NCBI GenBank assembly: GCA_963804165.1
Contig: CAWDPO010000043.1
Span: 224,001-288,000, forward strand
DNA from: an uncultured delta proteobacterium
GTDB lineage: Bacteria > Desulfobacterota > Binatia > UBA9968
Length of the DNA: 64,000 nt
Direction of reading: 5' to 3'
Shown piece by piece: positions 52,265-60,635 of the stretch. Numbering within the stretch: the first letter of the stretch is position 1; every line of letters begins with the position of its first letter. A program made the translations under genes and the position numbers. The notes beneath the pieces are model-generated. The model saw only the letters and a list, made by a program, of their open reading frames with translations. It was not told the origin of the DNA and made no database searches.

Positions 52265-52400
52265 AAGGAGCTTCCGGGTTTCTCATGGACAAATCAAGAA
52301 GCTAGGTCCGCGTGGTAAGGCGTAACGGGGTTGCCCGTCATGTGAGAACAAGCGATACCAGCCATTGGTTAACATTGCTTATAGTCTGGGTTTTGATCTT

Positions 52401-52620
52401 TTACTATTCGACGTAGCCATGACCCGCAATTGGCTTGTTTTTGAACGTGCCACCGACACCCACAACACCCTCCCAAATACGTAGCGTGTATGCTGCGATT
52501 TGTAATCAGTTCCTGATCGTGAAAACGGGGGATTTCCAAGTCAACTTGCTGGCTGAGAATCGTGATTTTCATTTCGAGGGAGCTTGCGTCGCTCGTGGGG
52601 CTTTTCCAACGATTTAGTTA
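52401..52620 (-). pseudogene. Decayed duplicate of the 3' end of the attH-like gene
   Basis: Encodes RWKSPTSDAS...DQELITNRS...WEG...GHGYVE*, matching 53529..53744; for example tcgacgtagccatgacccg versus tcgacgtagccgtgacccg. Confidence 0.85.
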
Positions 52621-52713
52621 CTCACCCTGGTCGTGCTGTTGACGAAGGAGCCAGAGAGTTACCGAATAATTTCACTCCCCAGAGCCTTAATCAGCCAATA
52701 TTTCGTGAATGGA

Positions 52714-53145
52714 CTATTGGAAGGGATTGACGATTTTGAGCGATTTAAATCGCAGGAAGTCACGGTCAGCGGAAATTAATTCCGTCACGCCGTGTTCCAC
52801 GCAGAGGGCTGCGATATGCGCGTCATGGATTAAATTCCCCGTGACGCCAGATTCCTTCACGATTGAAGTCATCAATTCCGAGTGTCTGTCCGTCTCGCTC
52901 AACAACAAGATCGAAGGTGACTCCGTGATCGCTTTGAGATCAGTTAGAGCAATCTCCAACGGCACTGGCGGATGAAAGACTCGCGGGTGAGTGACCACGC
53001 GCAAGAACTCGTAAATGCACGGCCAAGGCAGCGCCCAGGGAACCGCGCCCTCGGCCAGTTGCGTCAGCACCTGGCGCGCCTGACGATGATGCTGGCTCGA
53101 CGTGATCTCTGCATAGATAAGGACGTTGGTGTCGATCGCCTGCAA
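52714..53145 (-). CDS. vapC: VapC PIN-domain toxin
   Basis: IDTNVLIYA, EFLRVVTHP, GNLIHDAHIAAL, SADRDF. Confidence 0.9.
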   Translation of the reverse strand: MQAIDTNVLIYAEITSSQHHRQARQVLTQLAEGAVPWALPWPCIYEFLRVVTHPRVFHPPVPLEIALTDLKAITESPSILLLSETDRHSELMTSIVKESGVTGNLIHDAHIAALCVEHGVTELISADRDFLRFKSLKIVNPFQ

Positions 53146-53148
53146 CTC

Positions 53149-53382
53149 TTATCGCCCGTCCATCAGGTCAAACAATTTATCGCGGTCCAGCAGGTCGACG
53201 CCCGGCTGCTCTTTGGCCTCCCAGCCGTGCAGCTGGAGGCTGAATCGACCGCGAGAACGCGCATGGAGCGCTTGGCGCAACAAATCGTTGGCCACATCCT
53301 GAAGGGTACGTCCCTCGGCCGCCGCTTTCTTTTTGATCTGACGCAGCAACGCATCGTCAATCATCAAAGTGGTTCGGCTCAT
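53149..53382 (-). CDS. vapB: VapB-type ribbon-helix-helix antitoxin
   Basis: RTTLMIDDALL..IKKKAA.EGRTL..V...LR and PGVDLLD. Confidence 0.88.
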   Translation of the reverse strand: MSRTTLMIDDALLRQIKKKAAAEGRTLQDVANDLLRQALHARSRGRFSLQLHGWEAKEQPGVDLLDRDKLFDLMDGR

Positions 53383-53383
53383 G

Positions 53384-53418
53384 CATCAAAGTGTATTGCT
53401 GATCCATTTTGATGTCAA
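53384..53418 (-). promoter_or_regulatory. Sigma70 promoter of vapBC with an overlapping operator palindrome
   Basis: TTGACA (53418-53413), 17 bp spacer, TACACT (53395-53390), 7 nt, then ATG; inverted repeat CATCAAA...TTTGATG. Confidence 0.75.
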
Positions 53419-53494
53419 CACTGTGGTTCCGTGTATCCAATTCTATGATAAACATGATCCGGTGGTTTGGCTGAGTTTGGAAACGCCTCTTGAT

Positions 53495-54642
53495 TTAGAG
53501 CGTCAGTTTACCTGCATACCCTGTCATCTCGACGTAGCCGTGACCCGATACCGGTTTATTTCCATACCATCCGTTGATCGAAACCGCACCCTCCCAGTAG
53601 GTCACCCGCGTGCTCCGGTTGGTGATCAGCTCTTGATCGGCAAACGCCGGTGTGATTTCCAACTCGACCTCCTCGGCTAGGGATCGTGACCTTCCATTTC
53701 ATAGGATAGCTTGCGTCACTTTTAGGACTCTTCCAACGATCTAAGACGTCGACACGGTAATCGCCAAGTGCCAGATGCGCGGTGGTTCCGTCTGCTTTCA
53801 CCAGTGTGCCGCTGGAAAAGCGGATCCACCGACCCGTCTTTGCGGCGCATGAGATAGAGCATCAATTCCGTCTGGTTATCGAGTTGAATGCTGAACCAGT
53901 CCCAGCCGACCTGGTCTTCGCGCAATTGGTTGCTGCCGAACTCGTGATCCATCCAACTGAGTCCGCGCACTTTCTCCTTCTTACCGTCAACTATCAAATC
54001 ACCTTCGGTCTGCATGCGCGTCAGCGAATAATAATAGGATGCTCTGCCCTCCCCTTCGCCTTTTTGACTCAAGCCGTTCTGACCGTGGAGCGTCGGCGCT
54101 TTGAATGACTTGAGAGAAAGCCGGAGTCCAGTTCCGCGGTCGTTGACCTGAATCGAATGAGTCTTCTCATCGCCTTCGACTTTCCAGTCTTCGTTCCAAA
54201 CCAAATAACGGTCCGTGGCTGCGCCCGCTTTGTTGCTGTAGCCGCGGTTGATGCGCTCGCGAAAGCGAAATTTCTTCGCGGCGATATCCGAGAGCGCAAA
54301 ATGCGCCATGTACAACTCGGTGAACAGGGCTGGCTCTTTTGTTTCCTTCTGCCGGTCGCGCACACCGAAACGAAAAAAAGTAACCTGATAACCGTATTTT
54401 TTGCCACTCTCGGTTTCTAAATGACCTGTGTAGTACCACCATTCGGTTTTGAAGTCGGGATGGGAATAGTGATCGGCGGGAAATGTCATTTTTCGTCCGG
54501 GCACGGCGAGTTTATAAGTGAAAGTGGAAGCGAGTTTCTGGCTCTCACCCCCCCCTCTCCCAGGACGGGAGAGGGTAAGAATTAGAAAAAGGGAAATCCA
54601 TGCACAAAGCAAAATTACCTTGAGATTATTGCCGCATTGCAT
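53495..54642 (-). CDS. AttH/CrtC-like lipocalin-fold protein, two frameshifts near 53815 and 53670
   Basis: FPADHYSHPDFKTEWWYYTG, SYYYS, WMDHEFG, GWDWFS, YWEG, GYVEMTGY. Confidence 0.88.
54541..54576 (-). repeat. CCCTCTCCC/GGGAGAGGG palindrome inside the attH-like signal region
   Basis: Reverse complement ACCCTCTCCCGTCCTGGGAGAGGGGGGGGTGAGAGC matches the 18047 element. Confidence 0.65.
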
Positions 54643-54680
54643 GATTGCAGTATCTTTTCGACTAGTGTTATAGGGACGCT

Positions 54681-55512
54681 ATGAAAGAATATACGCGCGA
54701 AACACTCCTCACAACAGTTGCGGAGTTGCAAAGCAAGCTCGGCTCGTCGAATCTTTGCATTATTGACGTGCGCCCCGCGGAAGATTACGCCAAAGGCCAT
54801 ATTCCCGGCGCCACGCATTTCGATCTCTTCGGTCTGAGCTTGATCGATACCAGCGACGCGCCGCTCAAAGCTTTTATGTTTATGATCCATCATGTGCTCG
54901 AGTTGCGCGGGCGTGAGCGAATCGAAAGAAGTTGTTTTTTACGAAGACAATTCCGGCATGCGAGCGGCGCGCGGCCTGTGGTTTCTCGAATATTACGGGC
55001 ATCCGAACGTAAAGATGCTCGACGGCGGGTTTCAAGCCTGGAAAGCCGCCGGCGGGCCGGTTACGTCGGACGCGACGCCGCCCAAAGCCGCGACGTTTAG
55101 AATCAACGAACGCCGAGAGGTGCTAGCCACAGCGGATGACGTGCTCCAGTCGCTCGACAAGAATGAAAAGGCGATCCTCGATACGCGCAGCGAAGGCGAA
55201 TACTTGGGCACTCATGTGCGCGCCGTGCGCGGCGGCGCGATCCCCGGAGCGATACATATCGAATGGACCGACAACATCGCTCCCGACGGCAAATTCAAAT
55301 CCAACGACGACCTTAAAGCGATGTACGATAAAGCCGGTATCACGCCCGACAAGGAAGTGGTGTCCTACTGCCAGGGCGGTTATCGCGCCGCTCATAGCTA
55401 CGTCGCTTTGCGCTTGCTCGGTTTTCCGAAAGTCCGCAACTACATCGGCTCGTGGAAAGAGTGGGGCGACCGCACCGATCTGCCGATCGAAATTCCCAAG
55501 CCGTCGAAATGA
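54681..55512 (+). CDS. Tandem rhodanese sulfurtransferase, frameshift near 54910
   Basis: IDVRP..DY..GHIPGA, LDGGFQAW, active-site loop CQGGYR, YIGSWKEW. Confidence 0.92.
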
Positions 55513-56478
55513 TTTCACCCGCGCGCATTTATTTTGTTCCGCTGATCGTGACGCTGTCAGTTTTGCCGTATACCAGGCTGACTGCAGCGGGTGATCTCCG
55601 AAAAGTAACGCTTCTCCTATTCCGCCGTGAGCATGACCTGGTTTCCCGTAAAAGTCGCGCTCGAAAACGGCTTCTTCCGCGACGAAGGTCTCGAACCGCA
55701 GCTGATACAAATGAACGGCAACGTGGCAACTGTGGCGCTCGCCAACGGGCACATCGATTTCTCGTTGAATATTTCGCCCGTGCTCAACGGCGCGATGCAG
55801 GGCCTGGGTACGAAACTCGTCGCTGCGCTGAATTCCCGCCCGCTGTTCGCGCTCGTGGTGCGCCCGGAGATCGCTTCGGCGGCTGATCTAAAAGGCAAGA
55901 TTTTCGCGGTAAGCTCCTTTGGCAACACCCAGGCGATCCTCACGGAAAAACATCTTCAGCACCTAGGTTTGAAAAAGGGCGAATACCAGTTGCTGGCGAT
56001 GGGCGCGACACCGGCGCGGATCGCCGCCATGGAGAAAAACATCGCGCAGGGTAGTTTGATGCCATTGCCTACCAACGTGCAGCTCGAGAACAAAGGCTAT
56101 CGCCTTCTCGGCAACACGGCGGAAATTGTAATCAACCCGATCGCCGGGCTCGGCGTCCACGAAGACACGATCAAGAAAGAACCCGACCTGATCAAGCGCG
56201 CGATCCGCGCGTCGCTGCGCAGCCTGCGACTCTTGCAAACAAACACCAAAGACACGGTTAAAATTTTGATGGCCTGGACCCGCGCCACGGAAAAAGACGC
56301 GCTCCGCTCGCTAGAGCTGGCCAAGCCGGGCTTCAGCAAGAACGGTTTTGTCACCGACGAGGATCTGAGCATCGAGTGGGGTTTCATTCAGCAACAGACC
56401 AAGAAGACCAACGTCCCGGTTTCCATCGCGCACGACATGAGTCTGCTGCGCGAAGCGCAGCGCGAGTTGGGAATGTGA
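55509..56478 (+). CDS. NitT/TauT substrate-binding protein, frameshift near 55615
   Basis: ATGA overlap with rhodanese; signal peptide; GFFRDEGLE, DLKGK, RIAAM. Confidence 0.82.
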
Positions 56479-56529
56479 CGGCGAAAATGGCACTTCAACA
56501 CGTGCCCGCCGGTGCGTTCGTTCCAACGG

Positions 56530-56576
56530 TTTGAACGGACCCCGGACTCGATCCGGGGGGTTGAACGACTTGAACG
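56530..56576. repeat. TTGAAC repeats interrupted by a CCCCGGA-CTCGA-TCCGGGG hairpin
   Basis: ttgaacgga ccccggactcgatccgggg ggttgaacgacttgaacg. Confidence 0.6.
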
Positions 56577-56615
56577 TAAAAATCAACTTCAATCAATGAG
56601 TAAAGGAGACAAATC

Positions 56616-57563
56616 ATGCGTACATTAGATCTTTTGGCCAGTGACTCATCGCACCTGCCGTTTCTCTATGTTTTCAAGGAATCCAAGGTGATGGAAAAGT
56701 ACGGCTATGAAATCGATCTGCATATTGTCGGCGGCGCCAAGGCGCCGACCATGGCGCACCGCGCCAAGCTCGCGCTCGCCGGCGAAATCGATTTCTTAAG
56801 CGGGCTCCATCATGAAACCTACCGCGAGCGCGCCAAAGGGGAAAAGCGCCTGACCTACCTGGCGCAGGCGCAGAACAATTGGGACGACCGGTTGGTGGCG
56901 CTGCCGGAAATCAAGAGTGTGGACGATCTAAAAGGCCGCAAGATTGTCTGCCACTCCAAGGCGCCCTGCGTCTCCGGCAATCTCCGCGCGGTGCTGGAAA
57001 CCTGCGGGCTCAAGCCCAACGAGATTAATATGGACGTGATCGACGACACATCTGGCAAATTCTTGGAGTTCGTCGACGAGATCACTTCAGGCAAAGCCGT
57101 CGCGGCGCTTGTCGATATGCCTTTCGATCTTTACGGCATCAAGAAAGGCTTGCATATCGTCGATCTGCCGGATCGCCCGGTGATTCACAACACGACACTC
57201 CTGGCGACCAGCGATTACATCAAAGCCAATGAGGAAACGGTGAACGCTTTCATCAAGGGCTTCATCGAAGCGCTGCATTTTTTCAAAACGAGACCGGCCG
57301 AAGTCGTGCCTATTTTGAAAAAAAATCTAGCCAAGCGCTTCGGTTTGGAAGACGACGAGTATTATGTTCATTTGCAGCGCGAATGGGCGAAGCTGCTCAA
57401 CAAAAAACCCTACCCGCTGCCGGCGGCGATCCAAAACGTCTACGATCTCGACGTCGGCAAAGATCCGAAGATGCGCGACATCGGTCCGATGGAACCGTGG
57501 GACCTGCACTATCTCAGAAAGATCGACGACAGCGGCTTTATCGATCGGCTCTACGCACAATAA
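56616..57563 (+). CDS. NitT/TauT-fold binding protein lacking a signal peptide
   Basis: AAGGAG RBS; EKYGYEID, IKSVDDLKGRKI, FIKGFIEALHFFKT, IDDSGFIDRLY. Confidence 0.78.
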   Translation: MRTLDLLASDSSHLPFLYVFKESKVMEKYGYEIDLHIVGGAKAPTMAHRAKLALAGEIDFLSGLHHETYRERAKGEKRLTYLAQAQNNWDDRLVALPEIKSVDDLKGRKIVCHSKAPCVSGNLRAVLETCGLKPNEINMDVIDDTSGKFLEFVDEITSGKAVAALVDMPFDLYGIKKGLHIVDLPDRPVIHNTTLLATSDYIKANEETVNAFIKGFIEALHFFKTRPAEVVPILKKNLAKRFGLEDDEYYVHLQREWAKLLNKKPYPLPAAIQNVYDLDVGKDPKMRDIGPMEPWDLHYLRKIDDSGFIDRLYAQ

Positions 57564-57568
57564 GAAGA

Positions 57569-58948
57569 ATGCCGACCCTCGATCTCCGCCACTTTCTCGG
57601 CCTGCTGCAAAAGAACGGCGAGTTGCTGAGCGTCAGCGACGAAGTCGACCTGCGTTATGAGCTGAGCGAATTTCTGCATCAAGCCGATCGCGCGCACGGG
57701 CCCGCCCTCATGTTCGAGAATATCAAGGGCCACTCGATGACAGTCGTCGGCAATCTCGTCGGCACGAAAAAGCGCTTGGCGCTCGCCTTCGGTCTGAGAA
57801 GCGAAGAGAAACTGCTGGAGACTTACCGTAGGAGACGCGGCGCGGTCGGCAAACCGCGGCGCGTCAAGGACGGGCCGGTGAAGGAGGTCGTCTTGCGAAC
57901 CAGCAAGCAAGTCGATCTAAATGCCCTGCCGATTCCGATCTACCATGAGGAAGACGCCGGCCCATATATCACCTGCGGCATACTCACCGCCAAAGATCCG
58001 CAGACGGGTGTAAGGAGCATGGGCTTGCATCGGCTCCAGGTAAAAGACAACCGGCGCTTAGGCATTCACCTGGCGAATCCGCCGATCTCGCGCTTCGCCG
58101 CCAAGGCGGAAGAAAACAATCAACCGCTCGACGTCGCGATCAGTCTGGGTGTCCATCCGATTCTCTTACTCGCCTCCATCGTCAGCTCGCCGACCGAGGA
58201 CAAAGTTGCGATCGCCGGCAGCTTGCTCGGCAGTCCGCTGGCACTCACTAAATGCGAGACTTCGGACGTCGACGTTCCGGCGCATGCTGAAATCGTTATC
58301 GAGGGAAAAGTATTACCTAAACTACGAGAGCCCGAAGGCCCGTTCGGCGAGACGTCGGGATACTATTTCAGCGATCAGAGTCATGTGATCGAAGTCACAG
58401 CGATCAGCCATCGCAAGAATCCGATACTCCAGTCTCTCCATCCGACGTCCCAGGAAGTCGCACTGCTCTGCGGACCCGCCGGAGAGGCGGAGATCGTGCA
58501 GATGCTGCGCGAAAAGGGATTTGCCGTCGAGGATCTGGCACTGAGCGCGGCCAGCGGCCGGACCCACGTCGCCGTGTCGCTGAAGAAACGTCACGACTCG
58601 GACCCGAAACAATTGCTGCACTTTTTGCTTGCCGGCGTTTCCTACATCAAGCATGGGGTCGTCGTGGACGACGATGTCAACGTGCAAGATCCGCGCGATG
58701 TCGATTGGGCGATCGCCACGCGCGTGCAAGGCGATGATGATCTCATCGTGATTCCAAACCTACGAGCCAGGAGCATCGATCCCTCCAAGAGGCAAGGTAT
58801 GTTCACCGCCAAGGTCGGCATCGACGCGACCGTGCCAATGAGTGAACGGCAGCGTTTCAAAAGGATCGGCGTGCCTTTGGAAGTGAAGCAAAGCGTGGCG
58901 ACGCGCGTGGCGGAGATCATGAGTTCGAACACCAAGATCAAAGATTAA
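57569..58948 (+). CDS. UbiD-family prFMN-dependent (de)carboxylase
   Basis: DLRHFL, DAGPYIT, HRLQV, AEIVIEG, EGPFGE, VVDDDV, WAIATR. Confidence 0.93.
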   Translation: MPTLDLRHFLGLLQKNGELLSVSDEVDLRYELSEFLHQADRAHGPALMFENIKGHSMTVVGNLVGTKKRLALAFGLRSEEKLLETYRRRRGAVGKPRRVKDGPVKEVVLRTSKQVDLNALPIPIYHEEDAGPYITCGILTAKDPQTGVRSMGLHRLQVKDNRRLGIHLANPPISRFAAKAEENNQPLDVAISLGVHPILLLASIVSSPTEDKVAIAGSLLGSPLALTKCETSDVDVPAHAEIVIEGKVLPKLREPEGPFGETSGYYFSDQSHVIEVTAISHRKNPILQSLHPTSQEVALLCGPAGEAEIVQMLREKGFAVEDLALSAASGRTHVAVSLKKRHDSDPKQLLHFLLAGVSYIKHGVVVDDDVNVQDPRDVDWAIATRVQGDDDLIVIPNLRARSIDPSKRQGMFTAKVGIDATVPMSERQRFKRIGVPLEVKQSVATRVAEIMSSNTKIKD

Positions 58949-58955
58949 ATTCCAC

Positions 58956-59091
58956 CTAGCAGCTGCTGAAACCCCTCTCGGAGTCCTTCGACGCGGCTCA
59001 GGACGAACGGAGTGAATTTGAAATCGTTGATGAATTTCCGTTCATGCTGAGGGTCTCGAAGCATTCCGAGTCCTTTTCAGCAATCCACTAG
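58956..59091. mobile_element. CTAG-bounded MITE with a CTTCGAC..CTCAG..GAACGG palindromic core
   Basis: CTAGCAGCTGCTGAAA ... TTTCAGCAATCCACTAG; core CTTCGACGCGGCTCAGGACGAACGG / CCGTTCATGCTGAGGGTCTCGAAG. Confidence 0.7.
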
Positions 59092-59320
59092 TCTGGCGTC
59101 TCAGAAGTTCATTTAAAAAGTCCAAACGATGGCAGTCGCTGAAGTTGAACTCAAATCCCCCTTTGTCCCCTTACTCTTGTCCCCAGTCCGTACACCCCTT
59201 TTTCAAAGGGGGAATTTTCTCCGTGCGATTCTCACCCCTCTTTGCCAAAGAGGGGAAGGGGAGATTTTCCGACGGAATGACGCGAGAATTATGTCGCGAA
59301 CTTCTGGGACAGGGTACTAG
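59088..59320. mobile_element. CTAG-bounded MITE, 233 bp
   Basis: Terminal inverted repeats CTAGTCTGGCGTCTCAGAAGTTC / GAACTTCTGGGACAGGGTACTAG (17 of 23 match); homologous to 18087..18289. Confidence 0.82.
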
Positions 59321-59492
59321 ATCATTGGCGCTTATCGCCGATGACCCGGGCGAGACTTGGGTGCATTGGATAATCTATGATTTGGCTACCGCGACCAAGC
59401 TCAAAGCGCGCGCGACGAAACAGCAACTGCTCGAAGCAATCAAAGGGCATAGCTCGGCCGAAGGCGAGCTTGTGGGACGCTACAAACGATAG
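59321..59492 (+). pseudogene. YbhB/YbcL (PEBP) remnant, 5'-truncated and internally deleted
   Basis: SLALIADDP..TWVHWIIYDL joined to ATKQQLLEAIKGH..AEGELVGRYKR. Confidence 0.75.
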
Positions 59493-59529
59493 GTTGCGCG
59501 CTCGCGGCCATCGCTTCACTCGGCAATGA

Positions 59530-60579
59530 TTATCTGACTTCGATAATGAGCGGACCGCTGCGATTCGGTTGCGGCCGTAGCATCTCCGAACGGTTGTCGC
59601 TGAAGACCATTGGCTCGCCAACCGGCCAGAGATACAAATCGTGTGAGTTGCCTTCCGAGTCGCGGAAAGTTTCGGCAATTTTCGGCTGCCAGTCGCCCAT
59701 GTCGAAAGTGTAAGACACGATCCTCGCCTCGGGCTTGAGCTGCCGCATCAGTTGCGGCCGAACTGCAAGGTTGCCGTCGTAGGAAAGATATAACGTCACC
59801 ACCGACGCCGGGGATAAATCCGCCGTGAGGAAGTCTTGTTGACGGATTTCCACTAGTTTGTCCACTCCGGCGCGCCGCGCATTTTCCCGCGCTAACTTCG
59901 CCAGTCCCGGATCTATCTCGAAACCTACGGCATGGACGCCGTATTTCTTTGCCGCGGCAATCAGGATCCGTCCGTCGCCCGATCCCAAATCGTAAACCAC
60001 GTCGCCTTTTTTTACTCTCGCAAGAGCGAGCATTCGCTCGACGACTTCCTGCGGAGTCGGATCGAACGGCGCCACTTGATCGGGGCCGCGAGTTCGCGTT
60101 TCGTTGGAGGAATCGTCGGCGTAGGGGCGCTCAGCCTGTATGACGCCCGGTGCGACCTGCGTGATGACCGTGCTGCCGAAACCGTCAGTGACATCGACAA
60201 TCACCACCCCGGGACGGTGGTGAAAAAAGCGTCGGCGATGCGGCTGATGCGGCGGTTTGCTCAAGATGAACGGCGACGGTTGGTTTGCTTTCGGTGACGG
60301 CCCAAGCACTGCGCCCTTGTGCTGGGACTGTTGCGTCGGGGCATGAGGAAGCGCGGTTGCCGGTGGGTTTTGAGCCGAAAAGTTCGGGCTCGCAAAATTT
60401 GGCCTCGATGTCGTGAAGCCTTGCGGTGCCGACGGCGCTTGAGGCGCCGAAATAACCGGTCCTGCGCCTTGGCCGGATGTGCCTTGACGTCCTCCCGCTC
60501 CCGCGAAACCACGCATGCCTTGAGCTTGGGCGACACTCGCGCTCAAGAGTAAGATCAAGATAAGAGCCACCGGTTTCAT
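59530..60579 (-). CDS. Class I SAM methyltransferase with signal peptide and Pro/Gln/His-rich leader
   Basis: GGAGG RBS, MKPVALILILLLSASVAQA; PTPQEVVERML, VYDLGSGDGRI, VVTLYL. Confidence 0.85.
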   Translation of the reverse strand: MKPVALILILLLSASVAQAQGMRGFAGAGGRQGTSGQGAGPVISAPQAPSAPQGFTTSRPNFASPNFSAQNPPATALPHAPTQQSQHKGAVLGPSPKANQPSPFILSKPPHQPHRRRFFHHRPGVVIVDVTDGFGSTVITQVAPGVIQAERPYADDSSNETRTRGPDQVAPFDPTPQEVVERMLALARVKKGDVVYDLGSGDGRILIAAAKKYGVHAVGFEIDPGLAKLARENARRAGVDKLVEIRQQDFLTADLSPASVVTLYLSYDGNLAVRPQLMRQLKPEARIVSYTFDMGDWQPKIAETFRDSEGNSHDLYLWPVGEPMVFSDNRSEMLRPQPNRSGPLIIEVR

Positions 60580-60635
60580 AACGCCTCCTAGTGAGGCCAT
60601 GATGATAGGAAGTTCAAAGACACTAATCAACTCTC

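Noticed and set aside
2284-55620. Frameshifts in the SBPs, mlaC-like, both HDODs, yqjF-like, lysC, nnr, attH-like and rhodanese genes as programmed shifts or pseudogenes
   Set aside because: They are single-base events that also hit conserved core genes, with no common slippery motif and no accumulated stops. This is typical of long-read error.
57383-57568. N-terminal extension of UbiD
   Set aside because: Overlaps the upstream gene; UbiD similarity starts at ATG 57569.
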